Source: a virus
Direction: 5' to 3' (one strand)
Virus record (IMG/VR): IMGVR_UViG_3300046517_002960
Location: 64,001-128,000 of that record
Length of the DNA: 64,000 nucleotides
In this document: one piece after another, positions 35,548 to 43,748 of the stretch
Position numbering within the stretch: the stretch's first letter is position 1
How the letters are laid out: each line of letters starts with the position of its first letter
Notes under the pieces: model-generated
What the model saw: the letters and a program-made list of their open reading frames with translations, nothing else
Told to the model about the DNA's origin: nothing
The model's database searches: none
Program-made: the position numbers and the translations under genes

Positions 35548-35849
35548 CGCAGGCGGACCCGCGGTGGATCGCGGCCGGGAACCTGTTCGACGCGCGGGTG
35601 GGCCGGCAGCCGTACTGGGCGATGTTCTCCGCCGCCCGGGCCAGGATCCGGTCCGCGGTCCAGGCCGCCGCGGTCGGGCTCAGCTCCACCTACGGCGACG
35701 CGGACGCCACCCTGGCGCATGAGGTGGGCACGTTCGTGTATCGGTCGCAGCTGAACGAGGCCGGCGTGGGCTTGCTAGCCCAGTGCCGGTCCATCGCGCG
35801 CAGCGCAGCGCGAGCAGGAACACAGGGACAGGAGACAGCGCATGAATGA
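35544..35849 (+). CDS. Hypothetical protein
   Basis: AACAGGAGAC upstream. Confidence 0.7.
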   Translation: MTQADPRWIAAGNLFDARVGRQPYWAMFSAARARIRSAVQAAAVGLSSTYGDADATLAHEVGTFVYRSQLNEAGVGLLAQCRSIARSAARAGTQGQETAHE

Positions 35850-36114
35850 CAGCGAGCCGCTTGCGGCCCGGGTAACCTGGGCGGTCACGGACTGGGCCGA
35901 GCGGCGCGGCAGCTGGTGGCCGGCGGTCGCCGGGCTGCTGGCCATGCTCATCATCTACGCCATCGGGACCGGGGCCTGGTGGGCCTGGGCGCTGACCGCG
36001 CTGGGCCTGGCCATGACCGCGATCCGGCCCGCCGGGACATCGCTGCGCGGCTACTTCCTGGTCACCGCCGGCCGGCAGGCGCTGCGAGCTCAGCAGGAGG
36101 CAGACCGTGACTGA
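35842..36114 (+). CDS. Small membrane protein (2 TM)
   Basis: GACAGGAGAC upstream; two hydrophobic Trp-flanked helices. Confidence 0.7.
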   Translation: MNDSEPLAARVTWAVTDWAERRGSWWPAVAGLLAMLIIYAIGTGAWWAWALTALGLAMTAIRPAGTSLRGYFLVTAGRQALRAQQEADRD

Positions 36115-36802
36115 CGAGGAGCGGATCGCAGCGAAGGCGCTGGAGCTGCTGACCGAGCAGGGCCTGGACGAGCGGGATACCGCGGGCCGGGACGGGTATC
36201 CGGAGTACGCCATCAGGAAGGCGGTTACCGGGATCGCCGGCGGCGGGGAGCGGGCCGCGCTGGCGCAGCTCATCGGGATGGTGGCAGCCAGCCCGGCCGC
36301 GGTAGGCCGGCTGACCGCGCAGTGCATGGAGATCATCCAGCAGGCCCGGCACGCGGCGTTCGCCGGCAACACCGGGTGGGAGTGGGACGAGGACGACAGG
36401 CAGTGGGCAGCCTGGCGCGGCGGGGCGAAGATCGTCGCCCGGTACCCCCGCGACCGGATGCCGCCCCTGCGGGCCGACTGGCTCGGCATTCAGCTGACCG
36501 GCGAGAGCTGGCACGGCGTAGTCGCCCGGGGGCGCATGGAGAACCCGGGCGAGAAGGCCCTGCCCTGGAACCGGCCCGTCCTCGCCGAGATCCCGGTGCG
36601 GCCTGGCACCGAAGACTGGTACACGGGCCTGCGCGGCCGGGTATACCTGGGCATGCTGTGCTCACCGTGCGGCCGGACGGACTCCCGGGTGTGCCTGCAG
36701 CCGCAGACCGTCCTGCAGTCCTCGGAGACGCAGTGCGTGCCAGTCGACCCGGATCATGTCCGGCTCATCGTGCTGGACGGCAAGCTGGCGGACTACGCGT
36801 AG
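36107..36802 (+). CDS. Hypothetical protein
   Basis: 231 aa, GGAGG RBS. Confidence 0.7.
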   Translation: MTDEERIAAKALELLTEQGLDERDTAGRDGYPEYAIRKAVTGIAGGGERAALAQLIGMVAASPAAVGRLTAQCMEIIQQARHAAFAGNTGWEWDEDDRQWAAWRGGAKIVARYPRDRMPPLRADWLGIQLTGESWHGVVARGRMENPGEKALPWNRPVLAEIPVRPGTEDWYTGLRGRVYLGMLCSPCGRTDSRVCLQPQTVLQSSETQCVPVDPDHVRLIVLDGKLADYA

Positions 36803-36810
36803 GAGGGCCG

Positions 36811-37068
36811 GTGAGCAGGAAGGCACCCGGGGTCATCATCGTCCTCCGGAACGGCGCTGATGAGCCAGAGGTGCTGCGCTTCCTGCCGGATACCGCCGAG
36901 GCGCGGCATGTCAAGGTAACCGCCTTCCCGGACGGCGACCTGATCGTGGCGCTGCGCCTCGGCCGGGTGATCAGGCGCCGCGGGCCGGGCGAGTGGACCG
37001 GGTACAGCTTCGACCTGATGAAGCGCCGGGCTGGCGACCGGCCGCCGCGGACACCCGCGGACGAATGA
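36811..37068 (+). CDS. Hypothetical protein
   Basis: GTG at 36811 with AGGAGG RBS. Confidence 0.6.
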   Translation: MSRKAPGVIIVLRNGADEPEVLRFLPDTAEARHVKVTAFPDGDLIVALRLGRVIRRRGPGEWTGYSFDLMKRRAGDRPPRTPADE

Positions 37069-37088
37069 AGACGGACAGGAGACACGGC

Positions 37089-37535
37089 ATGGCACAGGCA
37101 GACGGCAAGCCGGTATGGGTGTTCACGCTCGAAGTGCGGGTACCTGAGGAAGGCGACGGTGAGGAGCAGGCCCGGCGCAAGCTGGCTTATCACCTGGACC
37201 CGCTGGACTGGTCCGATAAGGGCCACTGGATCACCATCAAGGGCGAGTGGCGGGGGCAGCGCCGCCTTCCGGCCCTGGACGACACCGAGCCGGTGCCCGG
37301 CGAGCGGTACGAGCTGGTGCACGTGGAGGACCTGCGGCCAGGCGACCAGATTTACCTGATGGCCCGGCGCAGGCTCGTCATGGCCGAGCCCTACCACCCG
37401 GAGGAGATGCGCCCGGAGCTGCTGCGCATCCCGGTGTCCGGCGCCGTGCCGGGGGAAATGAAGATGGCGCCGCCGTTCGAACGGGATCACCTGGTGCCCC
37501 GGCTGCTGGCGGGTTACGCACAGGAGGCCCGGTGA
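37089..37535 (+). CDS. Hypothetical protein (SH3-like C-terminus)
   Basis: GACAGGAGAC upstream; VEDLRPGDQI motif. Confidence 0.65.
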   Translation: MAQADGKPVWVFTLEVRVPEEGDGEEQARRKLAYHLDPLDWSDKGHWITIKGEWRGQRRLPALDDTEPVPGERYELVHVEDLRPGDQIYLMARRRLVMAEPYHPEEMRPELLRIPVSGAVPGEMKMAPPFERDHLVPRLLAGYAQEAR

Positions 37536-37969
37536 GCGCGTCGTTCACCTGCCCGCGCTGCGGGACGACATCGCATAACCCGCGAGATGCCGGGGAGGGC
37601 TACTGCGGCGCCTGCCGTGACTGGACCCGGGGCGAGACCGTCCGGGCCGGCAGCGGCGTCGTCACGCAGGCGCAGCAGGACTGGGGACCGGAGGTCTCCC
37701 CGGATCACTACCCGTACGACGGCTGCTGCGAGCTCCCCGCCGAGCAGCACCCGCTGACCCCGGACGAGGCGCGGGAACGGCGCGAGTGGGGCGAGACCGA
37801 GCCCGGGCTGCGGCAGCGGCTGGCATTCCGCGAGGAGGCGTTCGCCCGGCTGGAGGGGCTGGGCGCGCACCCGGTCCTGCTGGCGAACCAGCGGCGGCTG
37901 GTCAATGAGGTGCGCCGTGAGCTCGGCATGCCGGTGATGGAAGGCGAGGAGTGGGGCCATGGTGGCTGA
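37532..37969 (+). CDS. Zn-ribbon protein (CPRCG..SHNP.D..EGYCGAC)
   Basis: GTG at 37532 with GGAGG RBS. Confidence 0.7.
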   Translation: MSASFTCPRCGTTSHNPRDAGEGYCGACRDWTRGETVRAGSGVVTQAQQDWGPEVSPDHYPYDGCCELPAEQHPLTPDEARERREWGETEPGLRQRLAFREEAFARLEGLGAHPVLLANQRRLVNEVRRELGMPVMEGEEWGHGG

Positions 37970-38360
37970 GTCGCAGCCGGTGCATCAGGTCTCGCCCCTG
38001 CTGAGCGCTGAGCACGAGTACCGCTGCTCCTGCGGCCGGGAGTTCACGTCCATGTTCGCGATCGTCGCCTGCCCGGACGCCCCGGAAAAGCCGCTGCCGC
38101 TGGCCGGCCGCGACGTGGTGCTGATCCGGAACCTGGCGAGGGCGATGCGCAGCCAGGGCGGGCGCGGGCACGGGGTCACGCCGCTGACCGCGACGCCGGA
38201 CCGCCGCGGGTACTGGTTCGAGGTGCACCTGACCGAGGACAGGCAGCCCACCGGCCGGGTCGCGCGGGTCACCGTGACCCTGGACCGGGTGTACCGGTAC
38301 TGCGCCACCCACGGCCGGCAGCACGACGATGACGGCGACCCCACCTGCCGGTGGGAATGA
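37959..38360 (+). CDS. Hypothetical protein with CSC / C..H motifs
   Basis: 133 aa, overlapping start. Confidence 0.65.
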   Translation: MVAESQPVHQVSPLLSAEHEYRCSCGREFTSMFAIVACPDAPEKPLPLAGRDVVLIRNLARAMRSQGGRGHGVTPLTATPDRRGYWFEVHLTEDRQPTGRVARVTVTLDRVYRYCATHGRQHDDDGDPTCRWE

Positions 38361-38397
38361 TGAACCGCGACTGGCCCGGGAAGCCGGAGGCCATGCC

Positions 38398-38772
38398 GTG
38401 ACGGACACGGAGATCAGCCGCTGGTGGTACCTGGACCTGGCCGCGGAGTTCCCGGAGCTGGAGATCCACACGGGCGGCTGGGGGCCGGAGCAGGAGCTGG
38501 CCGATATCGAGCTGGGTGACCGGGTGACGACGGAGGAGGCGCTGTGGCTGTTCACCTGGATCTATTCCGAGCCCAGGGACCGGCACTGGGCGGCGGTCAG
38601 CGGCATGGTCCGGATGGTATGCGACCGGATCCGCCGGGACCGGCCGCTGGCGGAGAAGATCCTGGCCGTCCTGGCCGGCGAGGACCCGGACCAGATCCCG
38701 GTGACCCGGGCTGAGATCCCGGACGGCTGGTACCCCGACGTGGAAGCTTGGGAGGCCGGGCGGCTGCCATGA
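38398..38772 (+). CDS. Hypothetical protein
   Basis: GTG at 38398 coupled to a 14-aa bridging ORF (38357-38401). Confidence 0.65.
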   Translation: MTDTEISRWWYLDLAAEFPELEIHTGGWGPEQELADIELGDRVTTEEALWLFTWIYSEPRDRHWAAVSGMVRMVCDRIRRDRPLAEKILAVLAGEDPDQIPVTRAEIPDGWYPDVEAWEAGRLP

Positions 38773-38954
38773 CCGAGACGCACCGGGTGACTATCTACGT
38801 GCCGCCTGCGCTGCATTCCCGGCTGTGGATCCTGCCGCCGCGCACCATCAGCCGGATCTGCCAGGCCGCGCTGCTCGCCGCGGTGGAGCAGGCCGAGCGG
38901 GAGCACGAGGAGGCCATGGCGGCCGGGCTGGACGACGCGTTCGCGGAAGACTGA
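38769..38954 (+). CDS. Ribbon-helix-helix-like small DNA-binding protein
   Basis: HRVTIYVPPALHSRL....ISRICQAAL..AV pattern; last gene of the rightward arm. Confidence 0.6.
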   Translation: MTETHRVTIYVPPALHSRLWILPPRTISRICQAALLAAVEQAEREHEEAMAAGLDDAFAED

Positions 38955-39037
38955 CGGGCTGTCGTGACTGAAACGTATACAAGGTACGGACCCTGGAAAT
39001 TTGCTGAAAGCGAGTATCGGCCGGTATCAGGTCTTGA

Positions 39038-39407
39038 GCGGTTGACGCGGCCCGCGTAAGGTTCGTGCGTGATGGGTCACGAACCTGGGCACGGGCCGCC
39101 CAGCAAGGGGCTTGCCACCGTCTGGCGCGCTCTCCCCGCTAGGCCGTGAGGCGTAGTGTGCGCGGGCTGGTCCGAGCCCGGGCCGAGGAGCCTGCAATTC
39201 CAGGCGCGGTGGGTCACCCCGGCTAGTTCGTCAACCGCACACGGCAGCTTACGCCGTCAAGCGTCTACCGGGTAGTAGGCGCGGCATGAGGATTCGCTGA
39301 ATGTTCGCGGATAATGACCCGGGTCGGCACGATTAGTTACGGCGCGCAAGCGAACTAACTGCGAAGTAACTGCCTGTGACCGGCTGACAGCTCTGCTTAA
39401 CGGCCGG
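39038..39407 (+). ncRNA. Putative large structured non-coding RNA of unknown family
   Basis: 10-bp long-range helix 39038-39047/39229-39238 enclosing at least 5 hairpins; GNRA loops (GTGA at 39146, GCAA at 39346); further hairpins to about 39407; no credible ORF. Confidence 0.55.
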
Positions 39408-39415
39408 GTTCCTGC

Positions 39416-41113
39416 CTAGATGATCCGGAGAGCCGCCGTAGGTGTCCAAGAGCCGCCCCAGGTGTGCCAGCCGACCAGCGTGCCGGGTTTGAGGGCACCG
39501 AAGCTGCCGTGCGGCAGGCCCGTAGCGAACTCTACGTGCCCAGGACCGAAGAACAGCAGGTCACCTCGTTTAACCCGGCTGAGTGAGATAGCCGTCAGAT
39601 GCGGGCTCCCGGCTAGCATCGCGAATGTCGTGCGCGGCAGGGAGACCCCGAGAGCAGCCCGGGCTGAAGCGAAGATCAAGCCCGAGCAGTCATAGCCCGT
39701 CCTGCCGGCCCCGCCCCACACGTACGGCGTCCCGGTAGCGTTGCGCTCGGCCCAGTTCAGCGCCGCGTTCCCGGCCGCGCTGCCGCCGGAAGCAGGCTCA
39801 GCCGGGGTGCGCAGCGCCGTCGTCACGGCCGTGGCCGCGGGAGGCACCGCCGGGGACGGGCTGCCGGACGGCGCGGGAGGCACCGCCGGGGACGGGCTGC
39901 CGGACGGCGCGGGAGGCACCGCCGGCGCTGCCCCGGCGGCCGGGGTGCCGAACAGCGGGCAGTTCAGGTTGGCCAGCGAGGCGGTCAGCCGCTGCTTCAG
40001 GAACTCGTTCAGGGTCAGCCCCGGCACGATCGGCTGCGGGCCGGTCTCGAGCGGGGCGTCCAGTGCCAGCCGGGCGGGCGCCAGCGCGGCCAGGTGATCA
40101 CAGAAGCCCTTTGCCTCCGCAGCCAGGTCGCCCGTTACCGCCGGCTGGCCCACCCCGGCCCGGTACGCGTTCGTCTTGACCGCGGACAGGTTCGCTGCGG
40201 TCGGCGGGCTGCCGTTAGCGCCCGTCGTGGTCATCGGGTCGTTGGGCGGGACCAGCGCCACGCCGTCCGGGGACGGGTTCGCCGCGGCCAGCAGCTCGTT
40301 CAGGCCCTGCGCGGTGACGCTGCGGCCGGGGCTGGCCAGGTCCGGCGCGGTGAACGGGGTGCAGCCCAGGGCCGGGTCCACGAACCCGTCGACCAGCCCG
40401 TTGTCGGACGGATTGCGGATCACCGTGGCGCCGGGCAGCGCGGCCTCGTTCGCCGCGGTGTCCTGCGCGGTCCGGCCGTCCGCGGTGGCCAGGTACCTGG
40501 TGGTCACGTTGTCGGACGGGTCCTGGTCGACCAGGGTGAAGTCCCGCACGGTCGGGCAGGGCTTGCCGTCCTTCCCGGTGCCGAGCGGCGGGACGGGAGT
40601 GTGCCGGGCTGCTGCCGCGGCGAAGAACGCGGGCGCGTTCGCGTACGCGACCTGGCCGAATTGCGACCCGGCCGCGCCCTGGGTGAACGCCCCGGCGCCG
40701 GGGCCTTGCAGGGTGAGCACGGTGCCGTCGAACCCGGTCCAGATCGCCACCACGGACCCGGCCGGGAGGACCGGCACGACCGGGGCGGCAGCCGGCTTCT
40801 TGTTCACGTCGGTCACCAGCGGGTTGTAGACGGATGGCGCCCCGTCCGGTCCGATGATCGCGGCCTGCACGAACGCCCCGGTAGCGGGATCCGCCTCGGT
40901 GCACCCGGCCTCGGGGACCAGCCGGTAAGGGGCGGCCAGCCCGGCGGCCGTCAGCGGGTTCGCCGGGACGATCAGCTTGCAGTTCCCGGACCCCGGCGGG
41001 TCAGCCCGGGCCGCGGGCGCAGTGACGGCCGCCGCTGTCAGGCAGGCGGCCAGGACGGCAAGGACGGCCGGGATGGCTGCTCGCCGCCGGGCGCGGGGTC
41101 GGGGCAGGTGCAT
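39416..41113 (-). CDS. Secreted protein with uncharacterised N-terminal domain and C-terminal NlpC/P60 peptidoglycan peptidase
   Basis: Arg-rich signal peptide; TPYVWGG....YDCSGL...LPRTT...GDLLFF..GHV; AVPPAPSGSPSP tandem repeat linker. Confidence 0.85.
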   Translation of the reverse strand: MHLPRPRARRRAAIPAVLAVLAACLTAAAVTAPAARADPPGSGNCKLIVPANPLTAAGLAAPYRLVPEAGCTEADPATGAFVQAAIIGPDGAPSVYNPLVTDVNKKPAAAPVVPVLPAGSVVAIWTGFDGTVLTLQGPGAGAFTQGAAGSQFGQVAYANAPAFFAAAAARHTPVPPLGTGKDGKPCPTVRDFTLVDQDPSDNVTTRYLATADGRTAQDTAANEAALPGATVIRNPSDNGLVDGFVDPALGCTPFTAPDLASPGRSVTAQGLNELLAAANPSPDGVALVPPNDPMTTTGANGSPPTAANLSAVKTNAYRAGVGQPAVTGDLAAEAKGFCDHLAALAPARLALDAPLETGPQPIVPGLTLNEFLKQRLTASLANLNCPLFGTPAAGAAPAVPPAPSGSPSPAVPPAPSGSPSPAVPPAATAVTTALRTPAEPASGGSAAGNAALNWAERNATGTPYVWGGAGRTGYDCSGLIFASARAALGVSLPRTTFAMLAGSPHLTAISLSRVKRGDLLFFGPGHVEFATGLPHGSFGALKPGTLVGWHTWGGSWTPTAALRII

Positions 41114-41315
41114 GGATGTTCCCTCCTGGGTTCGTGCCGGACCAGAATCCGGCCGGGCTGGCCGCCAGCGCGTACGCGGCGGGAGCTGTCACGGCTGCCA
41201 GCAGCAGGGCGACCGCGGCGCCGAGTTTCCGGGCCGCGCGCAGCTGCCGGGAAACCCGGATGGCGTGCCGGAGCCGGAGCCGGGCGTGTCTAGGGGTGTA
41301 TGAGGCGGAGCGCAT
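41001..41315 (-). CDS. Possible small exported protein (overlaps the next gene)
   Basis: RHAR-containing signal-peptide-like N-terminus; 113-nt overlap lowers confidence. Confidence 0.35.
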   Translation of the reverse strand: MRSASYTPRHARLRLRHAIRVSRQLRAARKLGAAVALLLAAVTAPAAYALAASPAGFWSGTNPGGNIHAPAPTPRPAASSHPGRPCRPGRLPDSGGRHCARGPG

Positions 41316-42000
41316 TGCCGCAGGCCCTTATCTCCAGCACCGCCAGGATGATCATCCCGGCGGCGAAACCTGCGGCCAGCCCGGCCCGGAGCGCGGTCCG
41401 GGGCCAGCCGCCCTGGCTGCCCCGCCGGGCGATGCGCTTGCGGACCGCCGGGACCCGGGCCGCCAGCAGCGGGGCCGAGGCCAGCGCGAAGCCTGCCCCG
41501 GCCGCGGGCGCGGGGAGCACGGCCAGGTGCAGGCCGGTCACCGCCCATACCGCCCAGGTCAGCGGTTTCTGCCATTTCTTCCAGTAAGCGCCGAGTGCCT
41601 TCTGCGCCGCGCTGTTCGCGGTTGCCGCCAGCGGGACCAGCAGCACCACGATCAGCGTCCCGGTCCACTCCCGCAGGTGGCCGGCCGCCGAGCCGCCTGC
41701 CAGCGCCAGGTCCAGCCCGGTGCCGCCGAGCACCGCCATCCAGAGCCCGTACCGGCGCCGCCACTGGCCGGGCCGCCGCAGCCCGGTCGCGGCGGCCAGC
41801 GGGGTGACGGCCAGCATGGCGAGCAGGCACCCGGTCGCGCCCAGCCCGAGGACCCGGGCGCCGTAGTCCTGCAGGCCCGGCGTCATGGCGGCCAGCGGCC
41901 GGAGCATGACCAGCAGCGGCACGGCCGGCCACAGGCACAGGGCCGCGCTGCCCGCGCGCACGGCGGGCTGGCGCGCGGGGATGATCCTCGCCGTGGTCAC
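41290..42000 (-). CDS. Ferric-reductase-like/MsrQ(YedZ)-like membrane protein, most heme His ligands absent
   Basis: LAVTPL...RRRYGL...LLVPLAATAN..AQKALG.YWKK...GLHL pattern. Confidence 0.65.
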   Translation of the reverse strand: MTTARIIPARQPAVRAGSAALCLWPAVPLLVMLRPLAAMTPGLQDYGARVLGLGATGCLLAMLAVTPLAAATGLRRPGQWRRRYGLWMAVLGGTGLDLALAGGSAAGHLREWTGTLIVVLLVPLAATANSAAQKALGAYWKKWQKPLTWAVWAVTGLHLAVLPAPAAGAGFALASAPLLAARVPAVRKRIARRGSQGGWPRTALRAGLAAGFAAGMIILAVLEIRACGNALRLIHP

Positions 42001-42470
42001 GGGGAGCTCCCTGAGTCCGGCGGGAAGCCCGGGAGCGTGATCGTGATGACCGGCGCAGGCGTGCTCGGCGGCGGCGCCGGAGCGGGCGCGGGCGCTGAGT
42101 CCGTGGCTGCCGGAGCGGGTGCCGCCGTTGTGGTGACCGTGACCGTAACCGTGCCAGGCGAGCTCGCGGTCCCCGCGGATGAGGGTCCCGGCGAGCCGGG
42201 AGAGGATCCGGGGCTCGTGCCCGCCGGGACGCCGGAAGCCCCGGCGGACGCCGTCCGCGTGGCTGCCGCGGGGTAAGGCGCCGGGCGGGGTGCTGCCTGC
42301 GGCGGCGCGAGAGACAGGCCGGGCGCCACAGCCAGGCCGCGGCTGGCGAGGATCCCGGTGACCTGGCTGGACAGCGCGATAGTGATCGTCGCTGCGACGA
42401 TCACTATCGCGCAGCAGGCGAGCAGGGCGTACCAGGCGTACTGGTACCAGGGCCTGTCCCGGCGGACCAT
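41997..42470 (-). CDS. Membrane-anchored Pro/Ser/Thr/Ala-rich protein
   Basis: N-terminal TM helix followed by low-complexity extracellular stalk. Confidence 0.7.
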   Translation of the reverse strand: MVRRDRPWYQYAWYALLACCAIVIVAATITIALSSQVTGILASRGLAVAPGLSLAPPQAAPRPAPYPAAATRTASAGASGVPAGTSPGSSPGSPGPSSAGTASSPGTVTVTVTTTAAPAPAATDSAPAPAPAPPPSTPAPVITITLPGFPPDSGSSP

Positions 42471-42521
42471 CCGGGGGTGCCTCCCATCACAGAAGCAGCC
42501 GTGTCATTGACCTGTGAAGTG

Positions 42522-43253
42522 TCAGCCGCACCCGCCGCTGGCCGCCCAGGCCGAGTAACCCGACTGGGCGACTTCCTGGTAGTACGCCTGGTTCTGCTCC
42601 GCTACCGGGGCATCCTGCGGCAGCCCTGAGTGGCCCAGCGCGTGCCAGGTGCTGGGGAGGAACTGGTACAGGCCGCCGGCCCCGGATTCCGGGTTGACCG
42701 CGCGGGCGTTCCCGCCGGACTCATCGGCGATGATGTGCGACTGGCAGCCGCCGGCCCCGGTGTAGCCGGCGGCGAGGCTGGCGCGTGAGGCGGGCTGCCC
42801 GGATGCCGGGGTAACAGGACCGGCCGCGGCGGGAGCGGGTCCGCCGCGGCCGATGCTGGCACAGGATACGTCGTACCCGTCGCCGTCGCCGTCGCCGCAG
42901 TAATACGGGAATCCGTACGTAACGCCCCAGATCCGGCTGGCGCTGCTGGGGGGAGCCGCCGGGCTCGCGGGGCGCGTGCGCGGGCGGGTTTGCCTGGCTG
43001 CCGGCCGGGCAGCCGCCGCGGTGACGACGGCCCCCGAGGCGGCCTGCGCGGACGAGCCGGGGGCCGACGTCGCCACCGCGCGCAGGATGGCGCCAGCTGG
43101 CGCTGCCGCGCGGAGGATCACGCCGGATGGCGCCAGCGCGGCGCAGACGGCGACGGCCGCCGCCCAGGTGACCGCGGCTGCGGCCGTGACCTGCGGGCGC
43201 GCCGGAGCCCGTCTCCGCCTCCTGGCGTGACGTGCTTTCCGGCGCATGAGCAT
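42522..43253 (-). CDS. Secreted resuscitation-promoting-factor (Rpf)-like lytic transglycosylase
   Basis: C-terminal IIADESGGNARAVNPESGAGGLYQFLPSTW..LG.SGLPQDAPVAEQ...GYSAW; signal peptide; CGDGDGDGYD Ca-loop-like motif; GGAGG RBS. Confidence 0.85.
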   Translation of the reverse strand: MLMRRKARHARRRRRAPARPQVTAAAAVTWAAAVAVCAALAPSGVILRAAAPAGAILRAVATSAPGSSAQAASGAVVTAAAARPAARQTRPRTRPASPAAPPSSASRIWGVTYGFPYYCGDGDGDGYDVSCASIGRGGPAPAAAGPVTPASGQPASRASLAAGYTGAGGCQSHIIADESGGNARAVNPESGAGGLYQFLPSTWHALGHSGLPQDAPVAEQNQAYYQEVAQSGYSAWAASGGCG

Positions 43254-43370
43254 GCCGGTGTCCCTCCAGCAGGAAACCTGGCTGCCGGGAGCGTGGCACG
43301 CTGCTGCGGGCACGGGCAATGCGCCAGGCGACCCGAATCACCGCGGTGCTGACGCGGTTCAGGAAGCCTC

Positions 43371-43408
43371 GTGACCCGGGTCAGCCCGGCCCGTGACCCG
43401 GGTCAGCC
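43371..43408. promoter_or_regulatory. Tandem palindromic boxes (TGACCCGGGTCA twice, 22-bp period) upstream of the Rpf-like gene
   Basis: GTGACCCGGGTCAGCC at 43371-43386 and 43393-43408. Confidence 0.55.
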
Positions 43409-43651
43409 GCCGCCCCAGGCGATCGTCGCCACGGCCGCGGCCAGGACGACGACAGCCGCGGTCAGCACGGCGCACATGATCGTCATCCAGGTCTGCCGCC
43501 GCCGCATGTCGATCCTGGCGAGCTGGCGCTGGACTTCGGATTGCGACATGTGCAGCAGGCGGCCGATCTCCCGCTGGGATTTACCTGCGCTGCGCAAGCT
43601 GCGCAGCTGCTGCTTCTGCTGGGGCAGTGGGCCAGTCTGGGTCTGGGTCAT
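43403..43651 (-). CDS. HTH protein with C-terminal transmembrane anchor
   Basis: LRSLRSAGKSQREIGRLLHMSQSEVQRQL then MTIMCAVLTAAVVVLAAAVATIAW. Confidence 0.75.
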   Translation of the reverse strand: MTQTQTGPLPQQKQQLRSLRSAGKSQREIGRLLHMSQSEVQRQLARIDMRRRQTWMTIMCAVLTAAVVVLAAAVATIAWGGG

Positions 43652-43748
43652 GTGCTCATACTGTACCGGGACGGCCTTTTACAGTATGCCCGGCCGGGCA
43701 CCTGTGCCGCTCCTGGTCAACGCCCCTGCAGGTGCCCCCGGCCGGGCC

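Noticed and set aside
39190-39205. tRNA or cobalamin-riboswitch call from the GCCTGCAATTCCAGGC T-loop-like hairpin
   Set aside because: No cloverleaf, acceptor stem or TTCRA loop, and the other conserved cobalamin-riboswitch segments are not visible.
38985-39205. Third group I intron on the minus strand (AATTGCAGG and GGTTCGTGACC resemble P and R)
   Set aside because: No Q element able to form P4, no AAGATA-type S element, and no interrupted gene.
39838-39920. 36-bp tandem repeat as a CRISPR-like or regulatory repeat
   Set aside because: In-frame AVPPAPSGSPSP linker duplication within the NlpC/P60 gene, with no spacers.
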